From contig CAXXRD010000004.1 of the NCBI GenBank assembly GCA_963663895.2, forward strand, positions 32,001 through 96,000: a DNA stretch of 64,000 nt. Direction: 5' to 3'. This document shows positions 59,061 to 64,000 of this stretch, in pieces (the stretch's first letter is position 1; every line of letters begins with the position of its first letter). Origin of the DNA: Dehalococcoidia bacterium. GTDB lineage: Bacteria > Chloroflexota > Dehalococcoidia > Bin125. A model generated the notes under the pieces. That model had not been told where the DNA came from, did no database searches, and worked only from the letters and a program-made list of their open reading frames with translations. The position numbers and the translations under genes are program-made.

Positions 59061-60295
59061 GCAGCGGGCCGAGCCGGCCGTGGTTTCACGTGAAACGCCG
59101 CCACCGGCTGCTGGTTCTCCCTCTCCTGGCGGGAACCCTGGCCCTCGCCTGCCAGAGCTTCGACACGGCCGACGGTTGGGCGTCGCCCCAAGTGTTCGAG
59201 GTCGGCGAGCGCGAGCTGATCATTCACGCCACGGGCGAGGACTCGATCGTGGCGATCGATCCCGGGACGGGCGAGAGCGTGTGGGAATTCCCCGACCCCG
59301 ATTCCGACGGCCGCTTCCCCGGGCTCCTTCCCGATATCGATGAGAAGGTCGACGCGGACTCCTTCTACGCCGAGCCGCTCCTCCTGGCCGGTGAAGAGCT
59401 GGCCGTGGCCACGCATAAGCGCGGTCGCGTCTATGCGCTGCGCTTGGACGGCACCAGCGCCCGCCTCCTGATAGAGACGGGATCGGAGATCGTGTCGGAG
59501 CTCAACCTGGACGCGGCCGGGGTGCTGTACGTGACCACCGCGACCGCGGGGGTGTTCGCGATCGACCCCGCGCTGCCGCTCGACCCGGAGAAGCCCCTCA
59601 GCGCCGGCGAACAGCCGGGGCTGCTCTGGCAGTACAACGCTTTCGACGGGACCATTTGGGGGAGCCCCGCGCTCGCGGACACGGAGACGCACGGCCAGAT
59701 CCTGCTGGTGCCGACGCTGGGGGGGACGCTCTACGCCCTGCGGACCGACCCGGCGGGCGGGACGGCGCGGGTGGCCTGGACGTTCGAGGCGGACGCCGGG
59801 ATCGGCGGCGACGCCGTGGTCGCCGACGGCCGCCTGTTCATCGGCAGCTTCGACCGCCATCTGTACGCGATCGACGTCGAGAGCGGAGCGGAGCTGTGGC
59901 GGCACCGCAGCAGCGACTGGTTCTGGACCGAGGTGCTCGTCACGGACGGCACCGTCTACGCGGGAGACCTGAACGGTTACGTCTGGGCGCTGGATGCGGC
60001 GACCGGCGCTCCCCGCTGGGATGCCCCCTATGCAGGCGGAGACGATTTCCGCGCCAAGCCGGGCCTGACGGCCGACGGGGCGATGCTGATCGTCGTAGAC
60101 CGCGACGGCTTCACGCACGCGATCGATCGGGAGAGCGGCAGCGGAGTATGGGTTCAGCCGAGGGAGACGCAGCTTCCCGACCTGTTCTATGCCAACCCGC
60201 TGGTGCTGGGAAGCGAGATCTTCGTGGCGAACGAAGCGGGTGAGCTGTTCCGCGTGAGCGAGGACGCGGTAGAGCTCTTCTACCCGCCGGACTAG
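59057..60295 (+). CDS. PQQ-like beta-propeller (BamB-like) lipoprotein
   Basis: Lipobox LALAC; repeats [35 protein letters not shown] and [12 protein letters not shown]. Start ATG 59057 or GTG 59090. Confidence 0.85.
   Translation: MSSGPSRPWFHVKRRHRLLVLPLLAGTLALACQSFDTADGWASPQVFEVGERELIIHATGEDSIVAIDPGTGESVWEFPDPDSDGRFPGLLPDIDEKVDADSFYAEPLLLAGEELAVATHKRGRVYALRLDGTSARLLIETGSEIVSELNLDAAGVLYVTTATAGVFAIDPALPLDPEKPLSAGEQPGLLWQYNAFDGTIWGSPALADTETHGQILLVPTLGGTLYALRTDPAGGTARVAWTFEADAGIGGDAVVADGRLFIGSFDRHLYAIDVESGAELWRHRSSDWFWTEVLVTDGTVYAGDLNGYVWALDAATGAPRWDAPYAGGDDFRAKPGLTADGAMLIVVDRDGFTHAIDRESGSGVWVQPRETQLPDLFYANPLVLGSEIFVANEAGELFRVSEDAVELFYPPD
59083..59096. promoter_or_regulatory. parS site (ParB binding)
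   Basis: Perfect palindrome GTTTCACGTGAAAC, the core of the parS consensus TGTTTCACGTGAAACA, about 3.3 kb from parAB. Confidence 0.85.
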
Positions 60296-60316
60296 GGAGC
60301 GCGAGCGCCAACGACG

Positions 60317-61339
60317 ATGGAAACGATCGAGCTCATCTTCGACACGATCCTGATCGATCCGATCATGAACGCGTTGATCATCTTGGCGAGCGCGCTCTTC
60401 GGGAGCTACGGGCTGGCGATCATCGCCTTCACCCTGATCGCCCGGTTCGTGACCTACCCGTTGGTGCTGCGCCAGCTGCGCACGACGCGCGCCATGCAGG
60501 AGATGCAGCCGCGCCTGCAAGAGATCCAGAAGAAATACAAAGACCCGCGCCGGCGCCAGCAGGAGATGATGAAGCTTTACCGAGAGGTGGGCTTCAATCC
60601 TTTGGGCTGTGCCCTGCCGCTGTTGGTTCAGCTCCCGATCTGGATCGCACTATACCAAGTTATCCGTCAATCACTGGGGACGACCCCGGAGTCGCTCTTC
60701 GGACTGTCGGGGCGCCTCTACGACTGGACCTACATCACCGAGGCCCCGCCGCTCGATCGGAATTTCCTGACGCTGGACCTGGCGAATCCGTCCTTCATCC
60801 TGGCGATCTTGGTCGCCGTGGGCACGTTCGTGCAGCAGAAGCTCAGCACTACGCGATCGGTGGCCAAGGACGACCGTCAGGCCTCCGTGAACCGCACCAT
60901 GATCTGGATCTTGCCGATTATGTTCGGTTTCTTCTCCTTGCAGGTGCCGAGCGGCCTCTCGCTCTACTGGTTCGTCACCACCCTGTTCACCATCGTGGCG
61001 GCCTACATCTACAACGGCCCGGAGAACTTCCGTTGGCGGCAGCTCTTCACCATGGAGCCGATGCTGGCCCCCTCCACCGCAGCCCGCGCGGCGGCGGACG
61101 GCGGCGGAAGCCGATCATCAAACGAGCACACGGCGAGCGAGGATGAAAAAGCGGCCGAGCCGGGCGAGCCGGCCAAGCCCCAGGCGCAGGAGGCGCCGGC
61201 GCGGCGGTCGCGGCGGCGGCGGCGCCGGCGGCGGCGGCGCGGCGGCAACCGGCCTTGGGAGCAAGGAGAGAACCGGGCGGCGGGGGACGGCAACTCGCGA
61301 TCTTCATCTGGAGCATCGGACGATCCCTCCGCACAATGA
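60317..61339 (+). CDS. yidC: Membrane protein insertase YidC/Oxa1 (short, monoderm type)
   Basis: YGLAIIAFTL, MQPRLQEIQKKYK, NPLGCALPLLVQLPIW and SGLSLYW. Confidence 0.95.
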   Translation: METIELIFDTILIDPIMNALIILASALFGSYGLAIIAFTLIARFVTYPLVLRQLRTTRAMQEMQPRLQEIQKKYKDPRRRQQEMMKLYREVGFNPLGCALPLLVQLPIWIALYQVIRQSLGTTPESLFGLSGRLYDWTYITEAPPLDRNFLTLDLANPSFILAILVAVGTFVQQKLSTTRSVAKDDRQASVNRTMIWILPIMFGFFSLQVPSGLSLYWFVTTLFTIVAAYIYNGPENFRWRQLFTMEPMLAPSTAARAAADGGGSRSSNEHTASEDEKAAEPGEPAKPQAQEAPARRSRRRRRRRRRRGGNRPWEQGENRAAGDGNSRSSSGASDDPSAQ

Positions 61340-61385
61340 TTAAGCGAGAGCGGCACAGCCGCGGGATTAGGTAAGGACGCAAGGG

Positions 61386-62327
61386 ATGGCGCGACGGACT
61401 CGCGAGGCGGTGGAGCGGACCGGCAAGACAGTCGACGAGGCGGTGCAGCGCGCGCTGCGCGACCTCGGCCTCGATCGGACCGAAGTCGAGGTGCAGGTGA
61501 TCAGCGAAGGACGGACGGGCGTGCTGGGGATCGGCGCGACCTCAGCGCGCGTCCGGGTGGCGCCGCTGGCGCCCGGCGAGCCGGTCGAGGCCGCGCCGAC
61601 CGCCAGAGAGGAAGCATTGCCACGGATCGACGACTACGCCCTGGATGAGCGCGAAGAGGTGGACCCGCGCACGCGGCCGGGACGGAGCAGCCGTGGGAGG
61701 GGGAGTACGCGGGAGGCGCCGTGGGATCGTGGCCGGCAGGGACGCGGACGGGCGCGCGAACAGCCGGAGCCGCAGGTTCCGCTGGAGGAGCGCATTCCCT
61801 TCGAAATGCTCGCATCGCCGCTGGAGGAGCCCGTCGAGGATCCGGTCGAGCACGCGCGCAACATCCTGCATGATCTCATGCGGATCATGGGCATCGACGC
61901 CGAGATCACGAGCCGGACGCCGGAAACGCCGATGGACGGGCTCGATCACGCGGCAGCGGTGCTGGACGTGAATCCGGCGCACGCCGGCGACGACCTCGGC
62001 TTCCTGATCGGGCGCCGTGGCGAACACTTGGCGGCGCTGCAGTACATCGTGAACGTGATCCTGAGCCAGACGCACAGCGGCGGAAATCCAGTCACGGTTG
62101 ACGTGCATCACTACAAACGCAGGCGGGAGGAGTCGCTGAACGCCTTGGCGCGGCAGATGGCGGACGAAGTGCGCCGAACCAAGGAAGAAGTGGACTTGGA
62201 GCCGATGTCCGCCGCCGAGCGCCGCATCATTCATCTCGCGCTGGCGGAGGAGACCGACGTGGCGACGGAGTCGGTGGGGGCGGGTGATGCGCGCAGGGTG
62301 ACCATTGTGTACCTTGACGAGAGTTAG
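61386..62327 (+). CDS. jag: Jag/KhpB (EloR) RNA-binding protein
   Basis: Jag_N domain GKTVDEAV, KH domain LIGRRGEHLAALQ, R3H domain LEPMSAAERRIIH. Confidence 0.93.
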   Translation: MARRTREAVERTGKTVDEAVQRALRDLGLDRTEVEVQVISEGRTGVLGIGATSARVRVAPLAPGEPVEAAPTAREEALPRIDDYALDEREEVDPRTRPGRSSRGRGSTREAPWDRGRQGRGRAREQPEPQVPLEERIPFEMLASPLEEPVEDPVEHARNILHDLMRIMGIDAEITSRTPETPMDGLDHAAAVLDVNPAHAGDDLGFLIGRRGEHLAALQYIVNVILSQTHSGGNPVTVDVHHYKRRREESLNALARQMADEVRRTKEEVDLEPMSAAERRIIHLALAEETDVATESVGAGDARRVTIVYLDES

Positions 62328-62369
62328 CACTGCTCGTTCCGCGGCGGGGTCGGCGCATGCTGGAGCCTG

Positions 62370-63173
62370 ATGGCCATTTGGGCTATCGCGAACCAGAAGG
62401 GCGGCGTCGGCAAGAGCACGACGGGGATCAACCTGGGCGCGGCGCTCGCGCGACGCGGGCTGCGGGTGTTGCTCGTCGACAGCGACCCGCAAAGTAACGC
62501 GACGAGCGGTCTCGGCATCCGCCCGGGCGACACGCCCACCATCTACGATCTCTTGTTCGCTGCGGCTCCCCAGCCGGACGCGGCCATTCTGCCGACGCGG
62601 CAGCAGGGACTCCATCTGATCGCCGCCACGCCGGCGCTCGCCGGCGCGGAGGTCGAACTGGCCGGGGCGCCGGCGCGCGAGCACCGCCTGCAACGCGCCT
62701 TGGCCGGGGCCGCGGCGCGCTTCGATCAGATCCTGATCGACTGTCCGCCATCGCTGGGACTGCTCACCGTGAACGCGCTCTGCACGGCGGATACCGTGCT
62801 GGTGCCGGTGCAGTGCGAATACCTGGCGCTGGAAGGGTTGGGGCACCTCATCACGACCATCGATCTCGTGCGCCGCAACCTGAACCCGCATCTCGCCGTC
62901 GGCGCGGTGCTGCTGACGATGTTCGACGGGCGCACCAATCTGGCGCAGCAAGTGGTGGACGAGGTCCGGCAGCATTTCCCGGAGACGCTCCAGACCGTCA
63001 TCCCCCGGTCGATCCGATTAGGGGAAGCGCCCAGCCACGGGCGCACGATCTTCGAGTACGCGCCACAGTCCGCGGGAGCAGTCGCCTACGCCCAAGCGGC
63101 GGCGGAGCTGCAAGCCACGGCTTTCGGAGCGCGGCAGCCTCCCGTGCAGGCTACGGTAGGAGCAGGAGCATGA
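62370..63173 (+). CDS. parA: Chromosome partitioning ATPase ParA/Soj
   Basis: NQKGGVGKST, DSDPQSNAT, IDCPPSLG and PVQCEYLALEG. Confidence 0.96.
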   Translation: MAIWAIANQKGGVGKSTTGINLGAALARRGLRVLLVDSDPQSNATSGLGIRPGDTPTIYDLLFAAAPQPDAAILPTRQQGLHLIAATPALAGAEVELAGAPAREHRLQRALAGAAARFDQILIDCPPSLGLLTVNALCTADTVLVPVQCEYLALEGLGHLITTIDLVRRNLNPHLAVGAVLLTMFDGRTNLAQQVVDEVRQHFPETLQTVIPRSIRLGEAPSHGRTIFEYAPQSAGAVAYAQAAAELQATAFGARQPPVQATVGAGA

Positions 63174-64000
63174 GCAGCCGACATGCGTTAGGACGCGGCT
63201 TGGACTCTTTGATCTCGCCTGCGGGCGGCGGTCGTGTGGAACCACCCGCGGAAACGCCAACGGCGGCGCGCACGGCGCTCCCCATCGCGGCGATCCAACC
63301 GAATCCCGACCAACCGCGCAGCTATGTGGACCCGGCGGGCTTGGAGGAGCTGGCATCGAGCATCCGCGAGCACGGCGTGTTGCAGCCGATCATCGTGCGG
63401 CGCGACGCGGAGGCAGGCTACGTCTTGGTCGCCGGCGAGCGACGCTGGCGCGCGGCACGGCTCGCGGGGCTCTCGGAGATTCCCGCGATCATCACGGACG
63501 TGGCAAGCGATGGACTGCTGGCGGTGGCCTTGGTCGAGAACCTGCAGCGAGAAGACCTCAGCCCCTTGGAGGAGGCGCACGCCTACGCCCGCTTGATCGA
63601 TCGGACGGGAATGACGCAGCAGCGCCTGGCGGCACGGGTCGGGAAGAGCCGCGCCGCGATCACGAACGCGCTGCGGCTGCTGCAGCTGCCCGATCCGATC
63701 CGCTTGAGCTTGGCGGCCCGCGAGATCAGCGAAGGGCACGCGCGCGCGATCCTGGGCGCGGACGGAGAGGAGCAGCAGCTCCAGATTTGGGAGCAGGTGA
63801 AACGGCGCGGGCTATCGGTCCGGGATACCGAGCGCGCGGTGCAAGCGCTGCGGCCCACAAAGCTGACGGGCAGGGCGAAGGCGCGGAAGCCGGGCGACGA
63901 CCTGGCGCAGGAACGCCTGCAATCCGCACTCGGCACCAAGGTGCGGGTGGAGCGCGGCCGCAAGGGCGGGCGAATCGTAGTGCAGTGGTACGACGACGAG
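63170..64000 (+). CDS. parB: Chromosome partitioning protein ParB/Spo0J (runs off the window edge)
   Basis: Manual translation: MSSRHALGRGLDSLI...PNPDQPR...SIREHGVLQPIIV...AGERRWRA...ENLQREDL. ATGA overlap with parA. Confidence 0.95.
   Translation, partial: MSSRHALGRGLDSLISPAGGGRVEPPAETPTAARTALPIAAIQPNPDQPRSYVDPAGLEELASSIREHGVLQPIIVRRDAEAGYVLVAGERRWRAARLAGLSEIPAIITDVASDGLLAVALVENLQREDLSPLEEAHAYARLIDRTGMTQQRLAARVGKSRAAITNALRLLQLPDPIRLSLAAREISEGHARAILGADGEEQQLQIWEQVKRRGLSVRDTERAVQALRPTKLTGRAKARKPGDDLAQERLQSALGTKVRVERGRKGGRIVVQWYDDE

Overview
GC-rich bacterial chromosome segment. The lineage-specific RpoB/RpoC insertions, several conserved hypotheticals and the gene order suggest Chloroflexota, probably Dehalococcoidia; this assignment is an inference. 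Most of the window is housekeeping: nuoA-D, valS, secA, prs, rpoBC, groESL with a CIRCE operator, tsaD, moaAC, rdgB, folC, fabF, thpR, a split transketolase, proBA, ileS, murJ, rpsT, a TPR-Slt lytic transglycosylase, and rpmH-rnpA-yidD-(PQQ propeller lipoprotein)-yidC-jag-parA-parB with a parS palindrome. The one clearly foreign element is a lower-GC island at about 53.8-58.1 kb between slt and rpmH. It encodes an M.PvuII-like N4-cytosine methyltransferase converging on a translationally coupled pair: a GHKL (MORC/MutL-like) ATPase carrying two Ig-like (Big_2-type) domains, and a winged-helix-like protein. I recognise no restriction nuclease in it. This is the best candidate for an undescribed restriction-modification-like or anti-phage system. 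Other notable points are a probable 1-nt frameshift in a G8 run at the start of proB, an IleRS2 with a non-canonical GVHH motif, and two candidate attenuator-type leaders. All protein calls come from motif recognition by eye; no database search was run.
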